Shown: piece after piece, positions 47,157-56,113 of the stretch
Layout: each line of letters starts with the position of its first letter
Position numbering within the stretch: the stretch's first letter is position 1
Sequence record: OQ689734.1
Origin: Escherichia phage 4E8
DNA length: 64,000 nucleotides
Strand: one strand, 5' to 3'
The notes under the pieces: model-generated
The model's database searches: none
Told to the model about the DNA's origin: nothing
Seen by the model: the letters and a program-made list of their open reading frames with translations, nothing else
Made by a program: the position numbers and the translations under genes

Positions 47157-47469
47157 CCCCTTCTAAGTTAGTTGAATTAGCTACATTACGAGCAATGTTA
47201 TCCATGACCTGTTGTGTGATAACAATGCAATTCTGAGGGTCTACTGATTTAGAACGCCCCATTTCAGGGTCATAGACTTTGACTCGCTTGGCTGTTGAGC
47301 CAGTAACTTGCAACACTTTGAGAAGATAACCTTGATTTCCAATAGACCATGCAACAACATCACGATTCTTGATATAACGACCAAGCATATCACGATGATA
47401 GAACTGCTGCATAACTTTAGCTTTGCTAATCTCTTCGGCTGGCGGAGCCACTTTACTCAAATCTAACAT
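47140..47469 (-). CDS. hypothetical protein
   Basis: 109 aa ORF. Confidence 0.4.
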   Translation of the reverse strand: MLDLSKVAPPAEEISKAKVMQQFYHRDMLGRYIKNRDVVAWSIGNQGYLLKVLQVTGSTAKRVKVYDPEMGRSKSVDPQNCIVITQQVMDNIARNVANSTNLEGDAPNA

Positions 47470-47541
47470 TTCACTCTCTCCTGTTCAATACAATATTCTT
47501 ATACTGTATATACATTTGAGAGTGATCATATCTACTACCAA

Positions 47542-47751
47542 TCAGTAGTAAATTACTTTAGACATAAAAGAACCAGTGTTAGGGTCTTCATACCAGCGAT
47601 GTATGTCAGCGCTTTTTACTATTGTGCCCAGAATCTTCAACTGTTTCTTAGCAATACGAGCCTCTTTGCGAGTGTCAAACAATTTGATGCTATCTTTTCT
47701 CGTGTGTTGATCAAGATCCCAAACAACACGAATCGCCCACATCTTTTTCAT
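47542..47751 (-). CDS. small protein, paralog family member
   Basis: 69 aa; W.IRVVW...TRKEARIAKKQLK...YY. Confidence 0.4.
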   Translation of the reverse strand: MKKMWAIRVVWDLDQHTRKDSIKLFDTRKEARIAKKQLKILGTIVKSADIHRWYEDPNTGSFMSKVIYY

Positions 47752-47966
47752 TAGTAGTGCACCTTTCCGCTGATATAAATACGGCCTGAGGTATACTCAT
47801 AGCCCTTGAGAATCTTAACAGAGGTAGTGGAGCCATCGTTTAGTGCACAGATTGACTTCTTAAGATTGCGTGCATCTTCTCGTGTCTTCTGGTAGGTCAT
47901 GGTCACACCCCCACTCTTCCACTCTGTTTTAACTAACCAAACTATTTTCATAAGACCTGCTCTCAT
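47751..47966 (-). CDS. small protein, paralog family member
   Basis: 71 aa; IVWLVK...TREDARNLKK...HY; 1-nt stop/start overlap with neighbours. Confidence 0.4.
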   Translation of the reverse strand: MRAGLMKIVWLVKTEWKSGGVTMTYQKTREDARNLKKSICALNDGSTTSVKILKGYEYTSGRIYISGKVHY

Positions 47967-48163
47967 TAGTAGTACACCTTGCTTCCAGCCATGAACGCCC
48001 CTGTCGAGCTTATCATGGCTTTGCTGATAGTAACTTTCTTACACCGTAAACATACCTTCCAATTCTTTTTACAGATTCGAGCTTCTTGTCGAGTGTTACA
48101 AAAAATAGCCGAAGATATTTCTTGAGTGTTGTTGTCATAAACACGAACACACCACTTTTTCAT
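47966..48163 (-). CDS. small protein, paralog family member
   Basis: 65 aa; W.VRVY...TRQEARICKK...YY. Confidence 0.4.
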   Translation of the reverse strand: MKKWCVRVYDNNTQEISSAIFCNTRQEARICKKNWKVCLRCKKVTISKAMISSTGAFMAGSKVYY

Positions 48164-48366
48164 TTTACTAAACCCTTCATGTAATCGTAGAGGTTGTTAG
48201 AAGCTTTGCCCCATTCGACATGCTTCTTATCCATGTAATCCTTAAAGATTTCTCTATTATTTTCGACACACGTATCATACTGCTGACACGCTCTGCCAAA
48301 TGTCATAGCTGTTAACTGAACCTCAGTAGTTAAACCTTTAAGTTCTTGAAACTCTTCTTCAGTCAT
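48160..48366 (-). CDS. hypothetical small protein
   Basis: 68 aa ORF. Confidence 0.35.
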   Translation of the reverse strand: MTEEEFQELKGLTTEVQLTAMTFGRACQQYDTCVENNREIFKDYMDKKHVEWGKASNNLYDYMKGLVK

Positions 48367-48900
48367 TTAGACACCCTTAGAAGCAACTACACCCTCGCTA
48401 CCATTATAGCGACCCTTAACTGCATAGGAATGTTCACCGGCATGTGAATGCTCAAACATTACCATCTGACCGACACGCATACCAGCACGAACACGTAAGC
48501 TGTGGTGCTTGGTTACGTTGTGGAATTCGAACGTCAGCTTGCTATTATTAAACCCAGCGTCTGCCCACCCGGCGTGAAGGTGGTTCAAGCCACAACGAGC
48601 CATTGAGGAGCGGAGTACAAACAGACTTGAGAGGTTATCTGGAAGGTTAAATTCTTCCATTGAGTGAGCTAAGAAGAACTGTCCCGGAGTGATGACAATA
48701 CCATCTTCAGGGATTTTCACCTCTTTCCACTTGAGGTTTTCTTTAGCATCAATATCAACAATGCCGTCAGCCTGTTCTTCAACAAGGATAGTATCACCAA
48801 TACGGATATCCACACTAGCAGCGTTAACATATTTATGCTCCGCATCTAAAAAGCCATTATCAATAACGCTGTGTAATTCTTGAGAACCTAAAAGACTCAT
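48367..48900 (-). CDS. dCTP deaminase family (Dcd/dUTPase-fold) protein
   Basis: 177 aa; AASVDIRIG, LRSSMARCGL, HAGWADAG and GRYNGSEGVVASKG parallel conserved Dcd segments. Confidence 0.65.
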   Translation of the reverse strand: MSLLGSQELHSVIDNGFLDAEHKYVNAASVDIRIGDTILVEEQADGIVDIDAKENLKWKEVKIPEDGIVITPGQFFLAHSMEEFNLPDNLSSLFVLRSSMARCGLNHLHAGWADAGFNNSKLTFEFHNVTKHHSLRVRAGMRVGQMVMFEHSHAGEHSYAVKGRYNGSEGVVASKGV

Positions 48901-50315
48901 GAGTTTCTGTTTCCTTGTACAGATGATGCCAAATTGTTAATCATGTTACGAGCTGTTTCACGAGACAGTGTAACACCTGCTAAGTTACTATCAAGTTCAC
49001 CAACCATTTCACGAGCAGCAGATCGTAGTTCTGCACCAAGTGCAGTATTAGAGTGAGCCAAACCATTACGACGACTATAAGGGCGAGGGGCTTCGTTAGC
49101 GTCATTAGCTAAAGATGCAAAGCCAGTACGAGCAGCTTCACGAGCCGCTATCGCTGCTACTTGATCTTCCATATGGGTTGGCACATCACCAACTTCTACA
49201 CGTTCTATATCACTAGCACGTAGACCCTGAACAACAGAGCTTACTGTTTCCCATGAACGACGAGAACGCTGTAAATCTCCCATTGACGGAGAAGAAGCAG
49301 GACGAATAGTTACCCCACCTGTGTCATGAGTTACATGCCATGTATGGTTGTGGGTGTCCGTCCCAGAAGATCGTGCACTACCAAAACTGCCAGTGAAAGT
49401 GTCACGTCTGTTAGTTCCTGGAGTCCAAGGTTGTGTGATTGCTTCAGCACCGATAGTAACTAACCCACTAGACCATTCTGTCTGTAGGTTAACTTCTTCA
49501 TCCAGATAAATATGACCTACTTCCGGAGGAATATTTAATGCAACCTCCATCATCTTCAAGGTATAATGACGACGTTGATTCTGATACAAGTTTACACCAG
49601 CCATAGGTCCAACTAGATCACTGATAAGATGAACTTCTGGCTCACCAAAAGCACCCATCGCAAGGTGCATGTATTCAGTAGAACTGCTATAAACTGCAAC
49701 AGTTGCTTCAGGCCACTTTTTGTGAACATATTTCATTTCACGACTTGATACTACAGGAATGTCACGAGTATACGACATTGCAAACAAACCTTCATCTGAC
49801 ACATACATGTCATCAAGAGTCATGAAACCCTGACAGATCATAGGGAAGCGACCACATAGAGTGTTCATATCCAGAGGAAGGTTAATCATCATCTGAATCT
49901 TCACTTCATCAATCTCAATTTCCAGAATCTCTTGGAAAATGAAAAGTGCATCAGCGTAAGTTGCTCCGGTGATAGGCTGAGCTAAGCGAGATGTAACTTG
50001 AAGCCCCTTACTCTCTGTCCAAGACAAGAAGTTGTCAAGGAACAGTGCAGCATTACTTACGTTAGCAGGGCTGTTTTCCTGACGAGTGTTCCAACGTAAT
50101 CCTCCTTGAACTAGGAAGATATCAACATCATTCGGAGTTCGGTTTTGGAAGAACGTATCACGAATAGCACCACCTGCAATAACAGGGTAGATACCATCAG
50201 GAACTACGTTGTCTCTGATCAGATTGCGAATCAGATCAAGCCCTACGCTGAGGGCTTCTCCTTCTTGAAGGTTTAATTCAGACAATGGAATCTTAATCAT
50301 TTCTACATTTTCCAA
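48897..50315 (-). CDS. nucleotidyltransferase (Pol-beta superfamily) domain protein with long C-terminal extension
   Basis: 472 aa; [23 protein letters not shown] fits hG[GS]x(9-13)DxD of minimal nucleotidyltransferases (CCA-adding/poly(A) polymerase head); C-terminal ~250 aa unassigned. Confidence 0.45.
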   Translation of the reverse strand: MENVEMIKIPLSELNLQEGEALSVGLDLIRNLIRDNVVPDGIYPVIAGGAIRDTFFQNRTPNDVDIFLVQGGLRWNTRQENSPANVSNAALFLDNFLSWTESKGLQVTSRLAQPITGATYADALFIFQEILEIEIDEVKIQMMINLPLDMNTLCGRFPMICQGFMTLDDMYVSDEGLFAMSYTRDIPVVSSREMKYVHKKWPEATVAVYSSSTEYMHLAMGAFGEPEVHLISDLVGPMAGVNLYQNQRRHYTLKMMEVALNIPPEVGHIYLDEEVNLQTEWSSGLVTIGAEAITQPWTPGTNRRDTFTGSFGSARSSGTDTHNHTWHVTHDTGGVTIRPASSPSMGDLQRSRRSWETVSSVVQGLRASDIERVEVGDVPTHMEDQVAAIAAREAARTGFASLANDANEAPRPYSRRNGLAHSNTALGAELRSAAREMVGELDSNLAGVTLSRETARNMINNLASSVQGNRNS

Positions 50316-50851
50316 TTTAGAGATGGGGGATTCTTATAATCAAATCCAGCCATTTGACAAAGACACATGTAAACTTTAACTGTCAAGTTAACGTCTTGCT
50401 CACAATAGGTGAACATGTCTTCAGTGAATGCGTCCCATGCCTCCTCCTGTTCTCCATAATCTCCTTTCAGCTCCCCAAGAAACTCGCCCCATTGTCTGAG
50501 GCCGTGACCACGAGGGCCATGTCTAGGGTCGCCTTTGGGGTATTCTGGACTATCACCAATACGGTCAGGCTTGAGATATCTACTCAGGCACAAAGTATCG
50601 AAGACGTTAAAGCGAAAAGGTATCACATGAGAATAAAACTTAAACAAAGCAGGAAGGTCAAAATCAATAATATTGTGACCTATTACTACATCAGCCTCTT
50701 TCAGTTTGTGTAGTGCTTCTTCAATTTGGTGAGGGCGATACCCCCACCGCTCTCCAGATAATACATCAAATATCCAGATACACCAGACATTCTGAATACC
50801 ATCATAGAGATTATCCCCCTCAATATCAAACGCATACAGTTTCTTTACCAC
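50303..50851 (-). CDS. DnaQ-like 3'-5' exonuclease (stand-alone)
   Basis: 182 aa; Exo [12 protein letters not shown], Exo II-like [14 protein letters not shown]; overlaps the primase-helicase stop. Confidence 0.65.
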   Translation of the reverse strand: MVKKLYAFDIEGDNLYDGIQNVWCIWIFDVLSGERWGYRPHQIEEALHKLKEADVVIGHNIIDFDLPALFKFYSHVIPFRFNVFDTLCLSRYLKPDRIGDSPEYPKGDPRHGPRGHGLRQWGEFLGELKGDYGEQEEAWDAFTEDMFTYCEQDVNLTVKVYMCLCQMAGFDYKNPPSLNWKM

Positions 50852-52635
50852 GGACGTGCCTCCCCTTCTTGTGCAAGTAAGGAAGCTGCATCCTCTCCAT
50901 TGGTAACGGTAAAAGGATGCTCTTCATCAACTTCATGATCTTCTCGTTCTACAAGACGACCTGTTTCATTGATGTATTTGGTATAGCAAACCCCTGTCTG
51001 TCCATAGTTACGCTCTTTGAGCAGTCGTATGATTGACAAGTTTTTACCTAACCCATCCGCTTGTTTGTTACGTTCAAAACCAATAATACACTGACACCAG
51101 CGCATCAATGAACGTGAACCAGTAAACTGTACTTCTTTAACCTGACCACCTTCTTCGTGAGGTGCACCACCTGCCGGAGCGTTCAAGTGAGATAATACAA
51201 AAGCAGTGAAGTCTAATTCCTTACACATACCAGCAAGCTCTGAAGCAATCTTGCTGATTTCTGTGTTTACCTCAGATGGGGTTAAGTGAGATACCAATGC
51301 AGTGATGTTATCAAGAATGATAAATTTACACTGATTCTCAACTACCCAAAAGCGAATACACTGCTTAATGTCTTCCCACTCGTTCTGCCCAAAATTGTCA
51401 TACAAGAAAAACTTATCAGCGTATCGAAGTGCTTCATCTCGTAGCTGGCTTTCTTCGTACTCAACATCTGGTCGGTGGAATGGAATAGATGCAGATTTAC
51501 CTGCAATGTTCTTAACAGACATGCCTACCTTCTCTTCCAAGAAGAAGCCACCACCATTAAAACCATGCTCAAGGCAAAGCCATGCTACTAGTTCGTGTGC
51601 GATTAAGGTTTTACCTGAACCAACACCACCGCCGATTGCAACCATCTCTCCCCAACGAATACCAAAGGTCATGTCGTTAAGAGTTTTCCACGGATAAGGA
51701 ATACCCCATTCCGCTTTCTTCAGAGCATCTTCGAGGCAATCAAAAACTGTAACAGCGCCGGCAGGAGATTCCCGCTTAGCTGAATATTTCAGATTGTTGA
51801 AAAGCTCTTGACCTCTCCCTGCAAGTAACATGTCGTTTGCATCTTTGATTTCCTTTTCTTGTCCGTTATAAGTGAACGTACCTTTTGGAATCCTTGCAAA
51901 CTTAACATGCGGGTACAGAGAACGACCCTTAGTTAAAGCAATCTCACCTGCATCATCATTGTCCATGCAGAGTACAATCTCCTCGAAACCATTAATAAAA
52001 TCACGGTTTCTTGATAATACAGAAGAGATTGAACCTGCACCGAACGGAAGAGAGACGCAAGCAGGTTTGATGTTAGTTGCGTTTGTAAACGCGGTAAGTA
52101 CGTGGAACCCAGACATACAAGAGAGAGGATCTTCAAAGATGAAGAGTTTCTTGTTGTATACGTCACCACGTTGTGCTTGAGCCATACCAAACAAGTCGGC
52201 TTCTTTCACATTACCTACATAATAGAACTTCTTGCTGTCTAGAAGTTTTACTTCATATCCAACAATGTTCCCATCACGTTCACGAGGGAAGAAGTAGCTG
52301 TCAGGAGTTTGACCATCTGTTTGGCTTAAACCGATACGGCATCCATAACGTTCAGATACAGCTTTAGGAATTAAGCGACGAGTCAACTCTCCCTGAGGAA
52401 GCTCTAAGCAATCGTCTAAGACTTCTCGGAGTTCTTCAGGGGACAGCTCTTTCTTTTCATTAGGAGTGGGCGTCGTTCCTTTCTCGAAGATTTCATACGC
52501 ACCACATCTGTTACATGAACCCCACTCCTCACCGGACTCTTCATTTCGGAAGAGAATCATGTGATTGCGGGTCTTATCACGACCATGAGAGATACACTCT
52601 TTACAGCCTGTGTCTCCCAAAATGATCTTTGACAT
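50845..52635 (-). CDS. primase-helicase (T7 gp4-like architecture)
   Basis: 596 aa; N-terminal Cys4 zinc-binding element (CKEC...CNRC), central TOPRIM-like region, C-terminal helicase with Walker [10 protein letters not shown]. Confidence 0.8.
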   Translation of the reverse strand: MSKIILGDTGCKECISHGRDKTRNHMILFRNEESGEEWGSCNRCGAYEIFEKGTTPTPNEKKELSPEELREVLDDCLELPQGELTRRLIPKAVSERYGCRIGLSQTDGQTPDSYFFPRERDGNIVGYEVKLLDSKKFYYVGNVKEADLFGMAQAQRGDVYNKKLFIFEDPLSCMSGFHVLTAFTNATNIKPACVSLPFGAGSISSVLSRNRDFINGFEEIVLCMDNDDAGEIALTKGRSLYPHVKFARIPKGTFTYNGQEKEIKDANDMLLAGRGQELFNNLKYSAKRESPAGAVTVFDCLEDALKKAEWGIPYPWKTLNDMTFGIRWGEMVAIGGGVGSGKTLIAHELVAWLCLEHGFNGGGFFLEEKVGMSVKNIAGKSASIPFHRPDVEYEESQLRDEALRYADKFFLYDNFGQNEWEDIKQCIRFWVVENQCKFIILDNITALVSHLTPSEVNTEISKIASELAGMCKELDFTAFVLSHLNAPAGGAPHEEGGQVKEVQFTGSRSLMRWCQCIIGFERNKQADGLGKNLSIIRLLKERNYGQTGVCYTKYINETGRLVEREDHEVDEEHPFTVTNGEDAASLLAQEGEARPW

Positions 52636-52670
52636 GCTCTATCCTCCTTGGAATTCCTTGAGCAATCTTC

Positions 52671-52877
52671 TTAGTAAAACGATCGTATTTCTTCCCACAC
52701 ATCATCTTGCAAGTTTCTAAAACCCTGCAAGGTTTGCTTTGTTCTGTGAATAAATTCTTCAGAGTGCTTGTCGGGTGTGAGCATACTGACAAACTTTTCA
52801 TAGCGATTAATCTTCCACCGCATCTTCAAGTAGTCAGATTCCAGCTTTCTTAACTTCTGCCTGTCAGTTACTGTCAT
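52671..52877 (-). CDS. hypothetical small protein
   Basis: internal Met of ORF 52671..52973 chosen to limit overlap with the upstream gene. Confidence 0.3.
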   Translation of the reverse strand: MTVTDRQKLRKLESDYLKMRWKINRYEKFVSMLTPDKHSEEFIHRTKQTLQGFRNLQDDVWEEIRSFY

Positions 52878-53295
52878 CCTTCTCACCTGCCAGATATGCT
52901 GTCCAGTCACCAGATTCAACCAGAACATCTTGTTCTTCGTCGATGTGATAAATCCACGCTTCCACAGTTTCACCGCTGTCCAATAATACTGGAATCAGTG
53001 TACGCTTGTAAAAGGTGTATGGGTTATCATTACCACGATGACCTTCCAGACCGTCATACGGACCTTCCAGACCAGCTTGGGTTGTTTCAAAGACTTCTAC
53101 ACGAACAGGCTTACCATTGCTGTCATGCTCCAAAGATACACTTGGGAAGTATGCTGTGCAATACTGATACAGGTTACAGTTGTTTACTGTCCACCCTTCA
53201 CCAATAGACACACCACCTGCACGAGCATTGATAGCGTGGTTGTGTTGACCTTTACGAAGAGAACCATACGTTGCAACTAATACTTTATCAGACAT
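52864..53295 (-). CDS. gamma-glutamyl cyclotransferase-like (GGCT/AIG2 fold) protein
   Basis: 143 aa; N-terminal VATYGSLRKG (YGSL motif) and VRVEVFETT...LEGPYDGLEG resembling the GGCT catalytic-Glu region. Confidence 0.6.
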   Translation of the reverse strand: MSDKVLVATYGSLRKGQHNHAINARAGGVSIGEGWTVNNCNLYQYCTAYFPSVSLEHDSNGKPVRVEVFETTQAGLEGPYDGLEGHRGNDNPYTFYKRTLIPVLLDSGETVEAWIYHIDEEQDVLVESGDWTAYLAGEKDDSN

Positions 53296-53299
53296 TACA

Positions 53300-53497
53300 T
53301 TACCTTTTGTTTAAAATTTCTTTTGTACAAGAAGTCCCGTTACACACGAGAACTGTTTGAGTTATAGAATCGACAACTGTTACATGGCTGCCGCATTGAG
53401 TTATGATTTGACCTCTCCCTGAATCTTTAGAGATGCATTCATCAGCGGCGATCGCTGACACACTGAATAAGGAGAGGAAAAATAGAATCTTTTTCAT
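53300..53497 (-). CDS. small secreted Cys-rich protein
   Basis: 65 aa; signal peptide MKKILFFLSLFSVSAIAA, four Cys in the mature part. Confidence 0.4.
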   Translation of the reverse strand: MKKILFFLSLFSVSAIAADECISKDSGRGQIITQCGSHVTVVDSITQTVLVCNGTSCTKEILNKR

Positions 53498-53503
53498 GGC
53501 TGC

Positions 53504-53920
53504 TTACCAATCATGTTGGAAACCAGAATATCCAGAGAAGATGATTGATCGGATTGGCTTTTCAGGGAATTCTTCAAAACATCCCTTAATGGCTTTCTTG
53601 GTTTCATCAGAAATTGACTCTTTTTCACCAAACCAGTATTCTTCAAAAATATCAGAGAAGATATAAGTTCGGTATCTTTCCAAGTCATAAAAACCTTCCA
53701 CTGCACTTGTAACAGCTCTACTAATTACACTTGAAGCTACAGGAAATAAGTCACCGTGTTCCAGAAACAAGCACCAACGATCAAAGAGAGGAATCTCTTC
53801 ATCTTTCAGAAGACTTTCTAACTCTTCCTTTGCCTCTTTCTTGTGCTTATCAAAGAGGTTTTTGGAATACTCTACATCTAAGATACGACTTTTAAACATA
53901 TCCAGTTTATTATTAACCAT
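53504..53920 (-). CDS. hypothetical protein
   Basis: 138 aa ORF inside the accessory cluster. Confidence 0.4.
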   Translation of the reverse strand: MVNNKLDMFKSRILDVEYSKNLFDKHKKEAKEELESLLKDEEIPLFDRWCLFLEHGDLFPVASSVISRAVTSAVEGFYDLERYRTYIFSDIFEEYWFGEKESISDETKKAIKGCFEEFPEKPIRSIIFSGYSGFQHDW

Positions 53921-53977
53921 TTTACAACCTCTAGTTAAATTCGAACTAGCCTCCTCTTTCGAAGAGGCTAAAGCAAA

Positions 53978-54163
53978 TTATTCTACTTCGAAGTGTTTGA
54001 TCACACCAGTCAGTACATCAGATTGGAACGTACCTACTAGCTCTGTGCCTCGGAAAAAGTTAACACTTGTTCCAAGTGATTCAAAGCGATCTGCTTGAAT
54101 GTCCAGAGATTGAATATTTCCTTCTGCTGACATTGTACGAAACATGATTGTGTATTTATTCAC
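53978..54163 (-). CDS. hypothetical small protein
   Basis: 61 aa ORF. Confidence 0.3.
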   Translation of the reverse strand: MNKYTIMFRTMSAEGNIQSLDIQADRFESLGTSVNFFRGTELVGTFQSDVLTGVIKHFEVE

Positions 54164-54402
54164 AGACTTGTTACTCCCTTATCTGCTTGTGCAATTGCGA
54201 TGATACGCTCAGCACATTCCATTGAATATTTATCACCTCGTTTGAGGAAGGTGATGATTGCAGAGAACTGATTACCAATCATTCTCTTATTTGTGATACC
54301 AAACTCTTCACAGAGTTGGTTGATAGCTTTACGAGAGCCTACAATCAGAGGCTCTTTTTCTTCGGTCATTCCACGGCTGATCAAATCTTCGATAGACAAC
54401 AT
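54160..54402 (-). CDS. hypothetical small protein
   Basis: 80 aa ORF, 4-nt overlap with the downstream gene. Confidence 0.3.
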   Translation of the reverse strand: MLSIEDLISRGMTEEKEPLIVGSRKAINQLCEEFGITNKRMIGNQFSAIITFLKRGDKYSMECAERIIAIAQADKGVTSL

Positions 54403-54428
54403 TACAAATTCCTTTTTGTTTAATTTAA

Positions 54429-55664
54429 TTACAGAGTTACTGCTACTTCGCTACCTTCAACACTGACAGACTCTAACTTGCGAGGGTTATGAATCTGGAC
54501 TGGATTGACCGGAACGTTCCAACCACTGCGGTAGAAGTTACGACCATCACAGAACAGGATGACATTGGCAGACATTGCATTCGGTTGCAGGTTGTTGTGG
54601 ACATGACGGATATTTGCAATCCAGTAGCCACGAGACAAAGTGTAGCCAGTAGGTGCATTACGAATAGTTTGAGTATTCATCTGACCTTCCAGTTGCATTT
54701 CTTCAGGAACCACATCAACTGAATCAATCGGCTGTGCTACTTGTCCTTCCAGTGCAAAGTTTTCATCATCAGCACTTTCAATATCATCCACCAACTCACC
54801 GTCTCCATCTTCAATCGGAGTCTGGTAAACCACTTTATACTGAGGAGTATAGAGAGGGTTCTGAGCTTTAACAAACTCAAGAATGTTATGACGGTAGGTA
54901 TCCAGAGTTGTACCAGTCAGGCCCGGTGCTGTATTAACTTCCAGTACCCACGCTTCTTGACCTTTGGTGATAATATCAACTGCACCGAAATCCAGACCCA
55001 TTGATTCAACAGCTTTCACCGCATTGATCAGAGAGGCGTCATTCGGAGCATCTGTGAAGGAGCTTGAGTAAACCCAGCCAGTGTGGTGATTACGAATATC
55101 TTCACGATAGTTAGGGTCTTCTCGATAACCGTTGCGACGAATCTTCTTCTGAACATAGGTGATTACACCTTTGAACACATGGACACGCCACTCACGACGT
55201 GGGCCTTGAATGCCTTTAGTGTACAGTTCAGCTCGACCAAGACCATCACCCGGTTCTACAACAACAATGCCCGAACCAGAGTGACCAGTCAGCTCATGGC
55301 GCTCATACACAATATTACCAGTGTTTGACCACTCTTGAGCAGTCTCTTGAACATCTGTGTATTCCACAGTTTTAACACCTGCTTGGTCCATCACGCTGAA
55401 AGCACGACGTTTGTTCGCTGCCATATGTAAGGCTGCGGTACGGTTAAGGACGGTTGCAGAACCAAAGAATGATTCAGGATAGCGACGGTTCCCGTAGTTA
55501 ACAACCACATCACCTTCACGAGAACGCCAGCGGCTATTCTCTGAAAGAAGACCCATCACGTTAGCATTGATGCGTTCATCACGGATAGTATCACTGATAG
55601 CAGATACTAGAGCGTTAACAGAATCAGACGGGCCATACGGAAGAACACGGATACGAGTAGTCAT
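54429..55664 (-). CDS. ATP-grasp family ligase
   Basis: 411 aa; MGLDFGAVDIITKGQEAWVLEVNTAPGL matches the C-terminal ATP-grasp signature (D....g...vlEvN..Pg) of RimK/glutathione-synthetase-type enzymes. Confidence 0.55.
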   Translation of the reverse strand: MTTRIRVLPYGPSDSVNALVSAISDTIRDERINANVMGLLSENSRWRSREGDVVVNYGNRRYPESFFGSATVLNRTAALHMAANKRRAFSVMDQAGVKTVEYTDVQETAQEWSNTGNIVYERHELTGHSGSGIVVVEPGDGLGRAELYTKGIQGPRREWRVHVFKGVITYVQKKIRRNGYREDPNYREDIRNHHTGWVYSSSFTDAPNDASLINAVKAVESMGLDFGAVDIITKGQEAWVLEVNTAPGLTGTTLDTYRHNILEFVKAQNPLYTPQYKVVYQTPIEDGDGELVDDIESADDENFALEGQVAQPIDSVDVVPEEMQLEGQMNTQTIRNAPTGYTLSRGYWIANIRHVHNNLQPNAMSANVILFCDGRNFYRSGWNVPVNPVQIHNPRKLESVSVEGSEVAVTL

Positions 55665-55666
55665 TT

Positions 55667-55897
55667 TTAGATACCTTTTAGTTTAAGGATTTCGTTACGA
55701 CAGGATTGAATTTTAGCTTCGATTGCCCAATACTCAGCGAACATTTCGTCTTCTTGGGCATCGCTTGGAGAGTCGATTAAGTTAAAAGCAAACGGATACA
55801 GCTTTCGCTGCTCCGTTACCAGTTGTTGAAGTCGGAGTTGTTGATACTCCAGCATTGTCAGGTGAGGCTTAGCTCCCTTGCTTGACATGAGGCTCAA
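55667..55897 (-). CDS. hypothetical small protein
   Basis: 76 aa ORF. Confidence 0.3.
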   Translation of the reverse strand: MSLMSSKGAKPHLTMLEYQQLRLQQLVTEQRKLYPFAFNLIDSPSDAQEDEMFAEYWAIEAKIQSCRNEILKLKGI

Positions 55898-56102
55898 CTT
55901 TAATCCCCTTCATTTTAACATAGTCAGCCAACACGTTATTGATAACGGTTGGAAAAGGGATTTCTACTGGAGAGTCAACCAGCTTCCCAATACCTTCTTG
56001 CATCCACTTCTGGATTGCTCGGAGGTTATCACATCCTGTGCTTGTCATCGGAATACGGCGGGTAGTTACCACGTTATCCAACATCAGTTTACGAACTTCC
56101 AT
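55869..56102 (-). CDS. hypothetical small protein
   Basis: 77 aa ORF. Confidence 0.3.
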   Translation of the reverse strand: MEVRKLMLDNVVTTRRIPMTSTGCDNLRAIQKWMQEGIGKLVDSPVEIPFPTVINNVLADYVKMKGIKVEPHVKQGS

Positions 56103-56113
56103 AACTATACCTC

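Noticed and set aside
48897-50315. Possibility that the 472-aa ORF is the missing N-terminal part of the DNA polymerase
   Set aside because: Contains a Pol-beta-type nucleotidyltransferase motif rather than Pol I exonuclease or N-terminal motifs, and is separated from the polymerase gene by about 8 kb
51368-55328. Plus-strand ORFs inside the minus-strand replication and accessory block (e.g. 51368..51697, 51872..52180, 54489..54722, 54741..55004, 55083..55328)
   Set aside because: Overlap minus-strand genes with clear motifs (primase-helicase, ATP-grasp); translations are compositionally implausible
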